64,000 nt of DNA from Octopus sinensis (lineage: Eukaryota), in contig NC_042998.1 of assembly GCF_006345805.1 (NCBI RefSeq), positions 104,904,001 to 104,968,000 on the forward strand, given 5' to 3'. The notes under the pieces were generated by a model. It was not told the origin of the DNA and did no database searches. It saw nothing but the letters and a program-made list of their open reading frames with translations. Every line of letters begins with the position of its first letter. Position 1 is the first letter of the stretch. A program made the position numbers and the translations under genes. Shown piece by piece: positions 13,150-27,979 of the stretch.

Positions 13150-13715
13150 TATCATTATTATTATTATTATTATTATTGTTATTATTGAGTGAGCGAGCAG
13201 TGCAATCCATGAAAGTGATACTGCGGTAAAATATACGAAGCCCAGTATACACCAGACACATGCATCACAATCATATGTGTGGGACATGGTGGTTTCATAT
13301 CAAGATAAACAGCGCATGATCTTGCAGTTGGGGTCCAGATAGAACTTTCTTCTGGTCGAGTAGCCCATCCCGCTCGAATGGTCCATGAATAAGGTTTGTT
13401 TAAGGATGTCGAACTACTGAGCTTTATTCTCACCACAGGATGCACTTACCCATTATAATAGGCTTAATACTTGTCATTTAACAACATACTGACAACTACA
13501 CTCGAAGAATACACAGAATGGATGTTTAATATATCTTGCGTAGTGACATTCAAAGGCAAATGAAATTTCATTTGAATTCTGGTATCCAATAAAATTAATT
13601 TTAGCAGCCCAGGCTGGGAAATAGTCTTAAAGAAACATACTCCTTTACTTCAATTTTGTAAACTCATGTCGATCTAATTACATGATAAAGAAATATATAC
13701 TGCTTACTTTTTTAG

Positions 13716-13860
13716 GGCTACATTCGAGAATGGCACCTTAATTCCACACTGCAAAGAATCTTGCTCCTGCGATGACACAAAGTATTTGCCAATTTGTAGT
13801 GAAAATGGTATTAATTATTATTCTCCCTGTTACGCTGGATGCCACAGTAAAAATGAATCT
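13716..13860 (+). CDS. SLCO: OATP/SLCO Kazal-like domain exon: ATFENGTLIPHCKESCSCDDTKYLPICSENGINYYSPCYAGCHSKNES
   Basis: TTTTTTAG acceptor, GTAAGT donor at 13861; 145 nt, phase 2 to 0; C-x3-C-x-C...P-x-C...Y-x-SPC-x-AGC Kazal pattern typical of OATPs. Confidence 0.96.
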
Positions 13861-15083
13861 GTAAGTATGATTGTCTCCTTTTGTGTTAATCATTAAATCT
13901 TTGGAACAATCATTGTCAGATTCACATCTGCCATAGCAGTTTGTCGTTATGTTGTCAGAAAGTATATGAGAAGTAAACAGAGACGATAGAGTCAACAAGG
14001 GAGGCTCCATATGGTTGCTTGCCCTGATGGAGAAAGAAGGCCAAATCAGTTTCATACCGTTTTTTGAAAAAGTGTTGGGATGAAACAAAATGTACTCCCT
14101 GACACATTATAATTAAAAAAAAAAGACAGGTTTGTCACGGCTAGAAATCGCTATCACAGCCTACATGCAGTTAAACAACATCAACAATAGCTGTTTCAAA
14201 TTTTGGTACAAGGCCAGCAATTTTCTGAGAGAGAGAGAGTTAGTCGATTACCTCGACCCGATACTTGACTGGTGCTTATTCTATCGAACCCGAAAGGATT
14301 AAAAGGTAAAGTTTGACTGGGTGAGATTTGAGCTCAGAAAGTGAAGACCCAGAAGAAATGCCGCCAAGTATTTTGTCTAACCTGCTAACGATTCTGTCAG
14401 ATCGCCGTCTTAACAGCATCAGCAATAACAATGACATACATTGCATGCCAGTAATTCCAAACAATATTGGTGTATTGTACATCTCAGTAAGGATCAAATA
14501 TGGGAGCATCAATACCAAACGGTTTTATTCACCAAACAATAACCAAAAAAACGAAGAAGTGATGGAGATACCGGTCAACTACTTGGGTGAAACCTGTCAA
14601 AGAGTATTAAACTGATTAATCCTTTTTTTATATATGGAGCACACGCATATAAATACATGCAGACACACATAAAGACATACAGGTACATAAGCTTTTATAT
14701 AAGATTATTCTATGAATCCTGCTTCTACTTCCATAACTGTTTGAATTCGGGCTCGGAATCGTTAGCATGTCTGCACTAAAGGATCCTTATTCATTTCCGA
14801 CATTACCTGGCCAATGGTGGCCTTCAGTAAAGTTGAGGTGTTGTAAGGATATTTTTTTACCTGTTTCAGTCATTTGACTGCGGCCATGCTGGAGCACCAC
14901 CACCTTGAAGGGCTTAAGTCGAGCAACACGACCCCAAGACTTACTTTTTCAAAGCCTATTGCTTATTCCATCGGCCACTTTTGCTGAACCACTAAGTTAC
15001 GGAGACGTAAACACACCAACATCGGTTGTCAAGCAGTGGTGGTGATAACAAATACAGACACTGACACACAATATGTGTGTGTG

Positions 15084-15123
<40 letters not shown>

Positions 15124-15152
15124 CACACACACACATATATATATATATACAT

Positions 15153-15195
<43 letters not shown>

Positions 15196-15198
<3 letters not shown>

Positions 15199-16098
15199 CA
15201 TCCAAGGAATTGAAATTTTTACCATTAAGACTATTCTGTAGAGACCTGAATAAGTGGAAATCCGAAGGAGCAATATCTGCTGAATATGGAGGTTGGGGCA
15301 ACACATCCCAGCCGAGCCGCAGCAATTTTTGTTTGGTTCCCAAAGAAACGTGCGGTCTTGCATTATCATGTTGGAATACAACACCTTTCCTGTTGGCCAA
15401 TTCTGGACGTTTCTCTTGAATTGCTGCTTTTAAGTCATACAGTTGTGTACAGTATTTCTCAGAATTAATTGTTTGGTTACTTGGGAGAAGCTCATTGTAC
15501 AGAATTCCTTTCCAATCCCACCAGACACAAAGCAAGATTTTTTTAGAGTGAAGAGCCACTTTTGGGCTGGTTAAGGGTGGCTCATGTCACTTACTCCAGG
15601 GTCGCTTTCTCTGAACATTTCGGTAGATAATCCATTTCTCATCACCTGTCAATATTTGCTTTAAAAAAGGCACGTTTTCATTCCGTTTATAAAGCGAATC
15701 AGAGATGGAAATGCGATCCAAAAGGTTCTTCTCAATCAACTCATGTGGTACCCATACATCGTAGTGATTTGTGTACCCAAGCTTTACTAGGTGCTCATAA
15801 ACGACGGATTTTGATAGGTTGAGACTTTCTGCCAATTCTCGGGTTGTGCAATGTGTGTTATTCTCAATTAATGACTTGATTTGGTCATCATCTGTAGTGG
15901 ATGGTCTGCCTGATGGCTCTTTATCAATAAGGCTACAATCTCCAGCTCGGAACCTTGCGAACCACTTCTGTACAGTTCTTTCGGAGAAATAAACATCACC
16001 GTAAACTGCGTACATTTCTTTGGTTGCTTGTGAGGCATTTTTCCTTTACGGAAAAAGAAAATTATCAAGTGCCGAAAATGAACTTTCTTATCTTCCAT
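15196..16098 (-). pseudogene. Mariner (DD34D) transposase pseudogene
   Basis: MEDKKVHFRH...; WVPHEL, ILTGDEKW, FQHDNARPH and PYSADIAPSDFHLF motifs spread over three ORFs (one frameshift, one stop); 3' end truncated by a (TA)/(CA) microsatellite. Confidence 0.92.
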
Positions 16099-16378
16099 TT
16101 TAAAGAGTTACAGAATTAATACAGGTTATAGGAATATAAACCTTCTTCCACGAAAAGATAACATTATAAATATTATATTAATATAATATTATAATATTAT
16201 AAATATTATAGATATCATTCCAAAAATATCTATGAAATAAAAAATATGAAATGAAAAATTCCTAAGTAAAAACGTATAACTTATTGTTTATAAAATTATT
16301 TGCGAAAAAGGTACTTGTTATTATCATTATTATTATTGTTATTATTATTATTATTGTTTTTGTTGTTGGTGGTGGTGG

Positions 16379-16415
<37 letters not shown>

Positions 16416-16876
16416 ATTAAATTAATAGTACTAGAAATATAATAAGAACTTTTAGTTATACTAAAACATTTTTACAATCTAAATCACAGATATAATAATT
16501 ATAAAATAATAATAATTAACTAAATGTACGTATCTAAATTATCATTAACAAATAAAAAATTAGAAATTCATATTTAACAATCAATACTTATATAGAGTAC
16601 ATTAATATTTCTTAAATAAAAATGTCTATTTATCTCTCCAAAAGGTGTATAATGAACTATAAAATTTCAAAACGAAAAACGTATTACTTAGCGTTTATAA
16701 ATTTACTCGTGAATACTTGGCTTAAAGAAATAGAACAAACAGATGGAAATATAAATTTTATCAATGAAAACTACAAATATATTTTAGCTTTAACAAAAAA
16801 TGAGAATAAAATCTCTAAGAGAGAATAAAATATCTATCCATTGTTTGAATTGCACAATAGTGTTTTTCTCTAATTA

Positions 16877-16961
<85 letters not shown>

Positions 16962-17127
16962 TGTGTGTATATATATATATGTGTGTGTGTGTCTGTGTGC
17001 GTAAGGTATGAGTAACAGTTTTCGTGATACTTCTGCTGCTTTTAAATAAAATATATTACTCTACCTCTGGTATTTGAGTACTCTCTTTTTTCCACCTTGT
17101 TTTACATTTATGTGCTTACTTCGGTAT

Positions 17128-17181
<54 letters not shown>

Positions 17182-17615
17182 ATAGAGAGTAGGGTTAAAA
17201 AACCAGATCACCTAGTCATCCTTATAGAGAATACCACAGGAAAGAGTAACTGATTCCGAAAATGGTAAAGGTAGAATTATAAATTATTAAGGCGGCTATT
17301 TAGAATCAATAAACATGTACAGTTGTCACTAAAGTGACGGAGGATGCTAGTAAGCACCAGCATTGCTAGGAATAATATATACATATGTGTATGTATATAT
17401 TTCAATCGTCAATAATTGTGACTAAAGCTGCTGGATAATACCAATATTTGCTAGAAATAAGAGTTAAAACACTTAGAACTGCAAGGAAGCACATTCTTAT
17501 TTACTGACTAGGGCGATAACCGCCCCATTAGCGAAACTGGAATCACTTGGACTAGACCAGGTTCGTCTGTAAATTGCAGACTTGTTATTTTGTAATATAT
17601 ATATATATATATATA

Positions 17616-17646
<31 letters not shown>

Positions 17647-17669
17647 ACATATACATTTATTTATATATT

Positions 17670-17703
<34 letters not shown>

Positions 17704-17721
17704 CATATACATTTATTTATT

Positions 17722-17845
<124 letters not shown>

Positions 17846-18029
17846 TTTTAGTTTTCGTCAACCAAATCCACTCACAAGGCTTTAGTTGGCCTGAGGTTAT
17901 AGTAGAAGACACTTGCTCAAGGAGCCACGCAGTGAGACTGAACCCGGAACCGTGCAGTTGGAAAGCAAGCTTCTTACCACACAACCATGCCTGCGGCTAT
18001 CGATTAGCCTCTATTTAAACAAATCTAGT

Positions 18030-19240
18030 TGTCTATGGCATGTAAATCTGGCACATTTGATGGTCACAAGTTTGGTGTTTACATGATCTTAAAGATCATG
18101 TTTGACATCCATTCTCGGTTTACATGGTCTTCGAGAGAAGGTTTTGAGTTTTGTTGTCGTTACTGCATACTTTATCCAACCATGACTTCCCAAATCTCCT
18201 GCACCTCAACGTATCGGGTAGCATTAATTCTAGAACCCACTGAAAAGACAGAGATGATATGACATGACCTTCGTTACTCACCACTCCCCAAATCATCACA
18301 GTCGCTGGAAACTTAGTGTGCAACACTCTGAAAAGATATCCGATCCGATGGATCTGCATATAATCATCTGTCATTATTTTGGTTAGAATAAGGTGGTGAA
18401 CTGGCAGAATCGTTATCAATATTTCACCTGTATCTACGTTCTAAGTTCAAATTCCGCCGAGGTCGACTTTCCCTTTTATCCTTTCGGGGTCGACAAATTA
18501 AGTACCAGTTAAACACTGGGGTCAATGTAATCGACTAGTCCCCTCCCCCCCAATTTTCAGGCCTTGTACCTATAGTAGACAGGATTATTTCGGTTAGTAT
18601 AAGGCGGCGAGCTGACAGAACCGTTAGTGCGCTGGATGAAATGCTTAGCACTATTTCGTCCGCCGCCACGTTCTGAGTTTAAATTCTGCCCAGGCAGACT
18701 TTAAGACTCCTTTAGAAGTCGATAAAATAAGTACCAATCGAAAACTGGGATCTATGTAATCGACTCATCCCCTCTCTCAAAATTGCTGCTGTTGTTGCAA
18801 AATTTGAAACCATTTTTCGGTTAAAACTTTGGCCTTGACCGAAGTGTTTCTCATCAGAGAAAAGCTAAATCGTGCCATGTTTGTGAGTGTTTCCGTGTGG
18901 TTTTTGCAATCATGAATTGGCTTCTCTTCAGTACATACGGTTTTTATCAAATGTCATCGTGCACCACAGTTCTGATTGGCCACTGCAACACTGATGTTCT
19001 TTAGAGATAACCTTCATTGGGTTTCCTTGAACATCATCGAGAATTCCAGTCTTCTAATCCCTCACAAATTTTGCGTAAAAATCTTGCAACATATAAAAGA
19101 ATTGGAGATTTCTAAATCGCTGTGTTCCACGCTTATGGCAACAGTGGCAGCATTTCATTTCATTCTTTGTGTTTGCATTTTATCTGACAGGTGTTATCTG
19201 AAAAAATAAGAAAAGATTTTTAATTGGTTTGAAAGAGTAA
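18030..19240 (-). mobile_element. Decayed maT (DD37D) transposon, interrupted by two SINEs (18385-18810)
   Basis: HTKFPATVMIWGVVSNEGHV (18.2-18.35 kb) and AISVEHSDLEIS (about 19.1 kb) match the corresponding parts of the 48.0-49.3 kb element. Confidence 0.7.
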
Positions 19241-19742
19241 TATACGGATATTTAAATGTCTTCAGATACACCCCTCGAACTTCGGGTATATGTATATACA
19301 TATACATATATGAATGTATATGTGCATATGATGATCTGGATATGCCCCGGATGCTGCAAAGAGCCTGCCTCCCTTGTCAGTCATAAGATAAGTGCTTTAT
19401 CGTGGTTAAGAGTTGCTTTGACTATTATTTCTTTCAATACAGGTGCTAACTAGTACCCTCAGTCACTTTTGTGCGTGCCAGTTTAAGAATTATATATGTA
19501 TACACGTATATATATACGTATATAAATATTTCTTTACTACCTACAAGGGGCTAAACACAGACAGGACAAACAAAGACAGAAAATAGGGATTAAGTCGATT
19601 ACATCGACACCAGTGCGTAACTGGTACTTAATTTATCGACTCCGAAAGGATGAAAAGCAAAGTCGACCTCGGCAGAATTTGAACTCGGAACTTGGTATAT
19701 ATACGTATATATACCAACAGATATATACGCACACAAACACGT

Positions 19743-19775
<33 letters not shown>

Positions 19776-20312
19776 CACACACACACACACACATACATAC
19801 ATACATACATACATACATACATACATACATACATACATACATACATACATACATACATACACACACACATATATATATATATATATGCCACTCTCGTCTT
19901 TGTCATCAGCAAGAAAAATAACGCTGTTGATATCAGGAAAACATCATCGCACCTCAGATCTTATACATGAGCAATATTCAACTAAAACCATCACAATCGC
20001 TCCATATTTTAGAGCCTCAGTATCTTCGAAGGTCTCCCCTGACAAAAAGATTATTCTAATGTAGCATTTTCTAATCTTTCTTTTGAGATCAAGAAATTAC
20101 TTTAGCTTCACCTGAGCCTTTTAGAGTGTATTGCGCTAAAGTGCTTAGGTGAGATCCACATTGGAATTCCTTCTCTCGCAGACAGTTGAATCTCGCGTAA
20201 AAGCTCCTTTTTTAGCTAAGCATCATTTTAGATAAATATCAATGTGTTCCATAAAATATTTCTTGCTCTAATGGAGAAGCTTTTAATTTTGCTTCCTTTT
20301 TCTACTTTGCAG

Positions 20313-20470
20313 ACATACAGTGATTGCAGATGCATTTTTAATTCAACATATGCAACCCCTACAATCTGTGAGACTGGCTGCAGTAATATCATCTATTATG
20401 CAATCATAGCCGTTTTGAAATTTTTCTTTGGAACCATGAAAATAGTTCCATACTATATCGGTATCATCAG
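20313..20470 (+). CDS. SLCO: OATP/SLCO exon: TYSDCRCIFNSTYATPTICETGCSNIIYYAIIAVLKFFFGTMKIVPYYIGII(R)
   Basis: TCTACTTTGCAG acceptor, CAG|GTAAAT donor at 20471; 158 nt, phase 0 to 2; Y-x-x-C-x-C and C-x3-C cysteines followed by a hydrophobic helix. Confidence 0.92.
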
Positions 20471-20499
20471 GTAAATGTTTTAATTGTTATTTTTTAATC

Positions 20500-20700
20500 C
20501 ATTCAATTTATGTTTCTCGCTAAATCTACAGGATTTTTGTTTTCATTCACTCTATTTTCTCTTATTTCTTTCTGTTGAAGAGCGTAGGCTCGAAACGTAA
20601 AAGACTTTTTCATTTTCCCGTGTGTCAAATTAAATAACTTGCTTGTTGTTCATACACCTGTCTTCGTATTTCGTTTTTCTGTAAATTTCATCTAAACATA
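20500..20700 (+). mobile_element. Short PLE-type terminal fragment; reverse-complement relative at 55117-55310
   Basis: Shared TCTTTCTGT(T/C)GAAGAGC...GAAAC(G/A)TAAAAGACTT...CACCTG(T/C)CTTC sequence. Confidence 0.55.
20567..20604 (+). ncRNA. Minimal hammerhead-like motif with A6U core variant (CUGUUGA)
   Basis: TCTTT-CTGTTGA-A-GAGC(GTAG)GCTC-GAAAC-GTA-AAAGA: perfect stems I and II, ACGU palindromic stem III, GUA triplet. Confidence 0.5.
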
Positions 20701-21097
20701 TTTATAAAAACAATTTACGTTAATTTGGTGGGTTACACTATACTTTTGTGGAGTACAAATTTATTATTCTTAAACAAGAATAACAGTGACATCGAAATCA
20801 TTCTCAATATCAGGTTAAGAATTATATATATAAATATATATATATCAGAATTTTTTGCGTAATGAGATAAAAAATATACATATATACATATATATATATA
20901 CATATATATATATACATATATATATATACATATATATATATACATATATATATATATACATATATATATACATATATATATATACATATATATATATATT
21001 ATATATATATATATATATGTACATACATATATATATATATATATATAAATATAGATACATACATGCATACATACATACATATACGTACATATATGCG

Positions 21098-21140
<43 letters not shown>

Positions 21141-22780
21141 GTATAATATATACATGTGTGTGCGTGCATGTGTATGTATGTGTATGTGTGTGTGTGTGTA
21201 TGTGTGTGTGTGTGTATTCCTTTATTCTTTATTCCCTTATTCATCCTTTCGAAGCTTCACTCTGTTGCTATTCAGAATGTTATGAGATTGAAGCCTTAAC
21301 TGCAAGTGAATGGGACTCCACTATATTATTGTTATTGGGCCTATTTTTATTTTGCTTTTGTGTGGTATGAAAATGTGCTTTGTATTGAGTTTATTTTTAT
21401 ATTGCTTTTTTTGTTTTCATTTTGCCGACGATATTTTAGTTAGAACTCATTGGCATCTCTAAAACAATCTCTTAAATTTTGCTATCAGATCCAAGAGGTT
21501 TGCTTTCATTCCTTTGCGAACCTTGAACCACCGTGTTCCAAATTATTCTAGTTCTACCATTGTTATATTAAGTTTGAACTCTACTTGAAACGGAAATTTT
21601 ACGGAAGCCTGTCATATATGTATATAAATGTGCTTCTATAACGGTATCTATTTAGTTTACCGGTCTAAGCCACCGTCTAGCAGAGTTACATTAAATCAAA
21701 ACCTAGTTTTCTAATCTCTAATTTTCGATAGGGTACGATAAATATGAACAAGATGATAGTAAGTACTGAGGTCAATATGATTGACTAAAACCGTTGCAGG
21801 TGATGTCCCATTATGGCTGCAATCCAATGACTGAAACTAGCAAATGGATGAGAGAAAAAGAATAACCCAATGAAATGTATAAAGCCACTCATTCGGCTGA
21901 GTCTCCGATAATATCCTCTCTTACCAAGACTGGACGCCTAGAAATGGAAATGAAGAGGTTTGCTGTTTCCTGGTGTTGACTACGTAAGCAACATGTGAAA
22001 TCCATCCTCTGTTTAGTTACTTTGCTTTTGCAAATATTTGTAATCAGTTATTGGTAAAATAATATTTTACCAGGTTAAATGCTTAGTGATCTTTAGTTCA
22101 GTTCCTTTACATTATAGCTATAAATTCCGTAGTTGTCGACTTACTTATTCATATATTTGTCCCCTTTGTGTCTTGTTGTGTCTTTTCATTATTGGTTTTA
22201 CTAAACAGAGATTCGGTAGAGTAGTTAAACCCATGACAAATGTCTTGCGTATTTGTTTGGATTCCCTTCGCTCTGAGTACAAATGCTGACAAGGTCAACC
22301 ATGAATTTCAATATATGCGGAAGTTATAAAATAAAATGACAGTGGATTCGGAGAATTGTTAGACTTTCGGCCGAAGTGGCTTGTAGTTTTTGCACTTTCT
22401 TTGTCTTTCACGTTCTGTTTTCTTAAGCGGCAGGCACCACCACCTAGTCATTGGGTGCTCTGATGCAGGTATTCAGACCAAGGCTCCGGTTTGTGGATGA
22501 TTTCCTCCCTTTCTCACATAAGTCATGGAAAAATAAAGTGTCTCGGGTACTGCCCTGATTTCCTTGTCTCAGTGACCAAAACACTTTGAGAGAAAGCTTC
22601 ATTTATGTCTATTTTGGGCGTTCCACACTTCAGTTTCTATATATTACTATATAAGCAGATATCAGTCGGAATGCCCTGATGTAAATGCTAGATACATGAG
22701 AAGAGATCAGTGAAAGTACTACACTCCTTTCCCAAGAAGTTGTAGTTTTACAGCGTGAGCACCCTTTTTTTTTTTTTCAG

Positions 22781-22845
22781 AATTGCTGGAGACAAAGACA
22801 AGAGTTTGGCTTTAGGTCTTTCGTCATTTTCAATTTCCCTTATTG
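22781..22845 (+). CDS. SLCO: OATP/SLCO short exon: IAGDKDKSLALGLSSFSISLI(G)
   Basis: Poly-T tract + CAG acceptor, G|GTAAGT donor at 22846; 65 nt, phase 2 to 1; K-S-x-A-L-G motif of OATPs; exactly bridges the phases of the flanking exons. Confidence 0.93.
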
Positions 22846-23077
22846 GTAAGTAAAACATAGCTTTTAGAATTTCCACATTCTTTTTTTACTCTTTTCTATT
22901 TTATAATGTTTTTTAATTTCTAATTTCTGATATAATTTTTCGATGAACCGAACCAACCTACACCGTTTGTCAAGCTGTGGTGGGACAAAAACACAAAAGC
23001 ACACACGCGCATAAACACATATATACATAGATATACACATACCTACATATATGCATGCATGCATACATATATGCATG

Positions 23078-24578
23078 CTTAGCCCCCTCCTATTTATCAT
23101 AGTCCTCCAGGCAATTACGAAGGAATTCAAGACAGGATGCTCCTGGGAGCTCCTCTATGCTGATGACCTTGCTCTAATTGCTGAGTCACTATCAGAACTG
23201 AAGGATAAGTTTCAGGTGTGGAAGCAAATATTAGAATCGAAGGGCCTTAGAGTCAATCTAGCTAAAACCAAAGTCCTAATAAGTAGGAAGGTAGACAAAT
23301 CACAAACGCCTTCAGGTAGATAGCCCTGCTCGATCTGTAGAAAAGGTGTAGGTAGAAACTCTATAAGATGCACCAAGTGTAAGCTATGGACACATAAGAG
23401 GTGCAGCAATGTCAAAGGAAGGCTAACCAGGAAGATAGTTTTTGTATATGGCAGATGCTCAGGAGCAATAAACACTGAAAATGCTCTGAGACCAACTTCT
23501 GCCACATTCCAAGGAGAAAAACTAGAAATAGTTGATAGCTTCTGTTACCTAGGTGACCAAGTCAGTAGCGGGGGCAGATGTGCTGAAAGTGTAACTGCTA
23601 GAGTAAGAATAGCTTGGGCAAAGTTCAGAGAGCTCTTACCTCTGCTGGTGACAAAAGGCCTCTCGCTCAGAGTAAAAGGCAGACTGTATGACGCGTGTGT
23701 ACGAACAGCCATGCTACATGGCAGTGAAACATGGGCCATGACTGCTGAGGATATGCGTAAGCTCGCAAGAAATGAAGCCAGTATGCTCCGATGGATGTGT
23801 AATGTCAGTGTTCATACTCGACAGAGTGTTAGTACCTTGAGAGAAAAGCTGGACCTAAGAAGCATCAGTTGTGGTGTGCAAGAGAGACGTTTGCGCTGGT
23901 ATGGTCATGTGGCGAGAATGGATGAAGATAGTTGTGTGAAAAAGTGCCACACCCTAGCGGTTGAGGGAACCTGTGGAAGAAGCAGACCCAGGAAAACCTG
24001 GGACGTGGTGGTGAAGCACGACCTTCACTTTAGGTCTCACTGAGGAAATGACTAGAGACCGAGACCTTTGGAAGTATGCTGTGCGTGAGAAGACCCGGCA
24101 GGACAAGTGAGACCATAACCCGTGGCCTCTACACGGGATGTAGCCAGTCCACTTATGCATACCTTTCCTTCTTGGGACACAAAACTCTACTTGTGAAGAC
24201 CTGTTGAGGCAAGTGAGAATCGAAATCGATCAACATCAATGGAAATTGCAGCTGTGATACCAGTACCGGTGGCACGTAAGAGAACCATCCGAACGTGGCC
24301 GTTGCCAGCGCCGCCCCGACTGTCCCCGTGCCGGTGGCACATAAAAAGCACCATCCGATCGTGGCCGTTTGCCAGACTCGTCTGGCACCTGTGCCGGTGG
24401 CACGTAAAAAGCACCCACTACACTCACGGAGTGGTTGGCGTTAGGAAGGGCCTCCAGCCGTAGAAACATTGCCAGATCAGACTGGGCCTGGTGCAGCCTC
24501 CTGGCTTCCCAGACCCCAGTTGAACCGTACAACCCATGCTAGCATGGAAAGCAGACGCTAAACGATGATGATGATGAT
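23078..24578 (+). mobile_element. RTE-clade LINE, 5'-truncated (RT C-terminal half, 3' UTR, (GAT)n tail)
   Basis: LSPLLFIIVL...ELLYADDL, LHGSETW, RLRWYGHVARM, GRSRPRKTW; in-frame stops and frameshifts; 3' UTR with GTGGCACGTAAAAAGCACC units. Confidence 0.92.
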
Positions 24579-26049
24579 ATATAAAAGTATGTAAGTATGA
24601 ATGCATGTGTATGTATGTATAGTTCGTCCTTTAAATTGGAGTAATTTCCAAAGATTTCTAACGTTGTTTCTTCATACTTTACTTTTGAATTTACTAGTGT
24701 AAATTTATGTAGATATGAAAACTTATATAGAAATATTAAGTATATGATTTAACTTATTTACACAGTTCAACAAATTCATTCATATTTATATAAATTGAAG
24801 AGATTAGATGTTAAAATGGGTATTAGTTTTTATTACTCATGTCCCTATACAATTGTTTCGTACAGAAAGACACGATATTCTTATCACAAAATCTGAGTTG
24901 TCAGAAAGTACTCGTCGGTAGCTTATATAAAAACTAAAAAAACCTTAGAATTACATAGGCATGGTGTCCTTAATCATTTTGTAATGTGCTCTTGTTCTTG
25001 GAGTCATATCTATTTAAACAAGACTAAAAAAATATAAATGGGTGCTCATATATATAATGATATTAAAATATTAAAGGCTGACATTCTCTCTATAAATTTT
25101 TATACATGAGCTAATTTAAACTTCCGTAAATGAAAATAAAATAACTGGTGAAGACAATGAAATAAGGAAGTAAAGAATTTTCAAATTCAAGAAACTAAGA
25201 TTTATATTTAACCGTCAGTTATCAATACAACTTAACAAGTAATTAGAAAATTTTTTAATTGTAATCAATAATAATTTCGTCTCATTAAAATTTATAATTA
25301 AAGTGTTTGTTGGAAATAATGGGTCTAATATTTATAGAAAAGAATAAGTGTAATATTTCGGAATTTATGATCTAGTAAACAAAGTAGAGAAATATTTGAA
25401 GATGTAGGGGTAGATACTAAAACGGTTAAAAAATAAAGGTAAAACTGAAGATGAGAGGGACTTTATTTGCTTTATCAACTGCTAAACGTATATAATAATC
25501 CAATGGAGTGGTATAGAAAAGTTATTTTTAATAATATCGAAAACAAATTGTTTATAATTGTAGAGAAATTTATCATAGAAAACCTAAAGAATAAAGTTAT
25601 ATGATTTTGATGTAGTGTAAGGGAGATAACAATTAATGGAAAAAAATGGAGTCATTTTTTTTCTATAAAACTAAAATGTAAATAGATTCACATCAGATAT
25701 ACATGAATATGCACCCTCAAAATTTTATGTGTTTTGCATATCTTTATACCTAACTTTATACGTATACATACCGATACAGTCATATATATATATATATATA
25801 TACGCATGATTTTTGTATATAGAAAAGTACACACCAATAAATATTTACGTATACATACATATATGTATATGAACAGCTACAAACAGATATCTATATAGAC
25901 GATGATGCATATACTAATACATCCATACACACTAATACCCTGGTATATACCCTTATACGTACAACACTCACACAAATGTACACTTGAGTTCGTAAATAAT
26001 GCTTATATACCGACCCGAAGGCATATATGGCCATATAAGTTTACATACG

Positions 26050-26350
26050 TACATATATACATTATAAAGATTATTAAGATTATTAAAAAATTATCAAAAA
26101 ATTATAAAGATTATTAAGATTATTACAAAATTATCAAAAAATTATCAAAAAAGTATAAAAATATTATAAAAATTTATAAAAAATTATAAAAAGATTTATA
26201 AAAGTAATTGATAAAAATTTAATAAAAATCTATTGAAAAGATTTATTAAAAAGGTTTATAAAGATTATTGAAATTTTATAAGGATTATAAAAAAAATTAT
26301 TAAAATAATTATAAAAATAATTTATAAAAATTACTTAAAAATTCTAAAAA
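26050..26350. repeat. Degenerate AT-rich minisatellite (about 9-12 bp AAAAATTATAAA-like units)
   Basis: Directly visible, imperfect periodicity. Confidence 0.6.
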
Positions 26351-26521
26351 TTTGTATATATGGTTAGTGGATAGTACAACATGACATTTAGGTATATATT
26401 ATATATACTTAGATACACATTCATATATACGTGCAAATATATACATAGATATACGTATATACAAAATATACACATTTACAATTGGAAATAAAATACATTA
26501 AAGTGCATACACACACACACA

Positions 26522-26613
<92 letters not shown>

Positions 26614-27045
26614 GTAATAATGTACATAGATTGGTACATATATTTATACAAATATACATACATATACATGCGCATACATATACATACGCACATTACATAC
26701 ACGTAAATACATACACATTAAAACAGATATATACCAATACTTATATACTCATACACACGCAAAAGTATATACATATTTAGATACACATATGCGCATATTG
26801 GCATATACATACACACTTGCAAAAAGATATTTAAGTAAGCATATAGACATATACACACACATATCCATATATATTAGTACATACATATATGTCCACATAT
26901 ACATACATGCCCATCATTATTATCATTATTAAATAATATTAAATAATATTATTAAATAATATTATAATGTTATTTTAGATTAATAAAGAGGTATTTAGTG
27001 TGATATTAAATAATATTAAATAACATTATTATCATGCTATTTTGT

Positions 27046-27076
<31 letters not shown>

Positions 27077-27979
27077 GACAGAATCCTCAAGGACATACTC
27101 TACGGAGAGCTTGCTAGGGGTACTAGGTCTGTGGGAAGACCGTTCCTACGTTACAAGGATGTTTGCAAAAGGGACATGAAGGCCTGCAACATCAATATTA
27201 GCAATTGGGAAGCAGTTGCCAGCAACCGTGGAGATTGGCGACGTACCGTAAAAGAAGGAACACAAAGGAGTGACAGAGAGAGAGAGGAGAAATGGAAAGA
27301 CAAGAAAAGACGTCAACAAGAAACTATGACATTACAACCAGATAGGCAAAGTCTTCGGTACATTTGCGGCACCTGCCAGAGGGAGTGTTTGTCTAGGATA
27401 GGACTACACAGCCACAGCAGGAGATGTATTAGGACATGAAATGTAAAAGCCGGACTAGATTATTTTATGCGCAACTCCATTGTCTCCCGAGACAAAAAGG
27501 ATGCCAACAACAACTATATATATATATATATATTATATATATATATATATGACAGAATCCTCAAGGACATACTCTACGGAGAGCTTGCTAGGGGTACTAG
27601 GTCTGTGGGAAGACCGTTCCTACGTTACAAGGATGTTTGCAAAAGGGACATGAAGGCCTGCAACATCAATATTAGCAATTGGGAAGCAGTTGCCAGCAAC
27701 CGTGGAGATTGGCGACGTACCGTAAAAGAAGGAACACAAAGGAGTGACAGAGAGAGAGAGGAGAAATGGAAAGACAAGAAAAGACGTCAACAAGAAACTA
27801 TGACATTACAACCAGATAGGCAAAGTCTTCGGTACATTTGCGGCACCTGCCAGAGGGAGTGTTTGTCTAGGATAGGACTACACAGCCACAGCAGGAGATG
27901 TATTAGGACATGAAATGTAAAAGCCGGACTAGATTATTTTATGCGCAACTCCATTGTCTCCCGAGACAAAAAGGATGCC

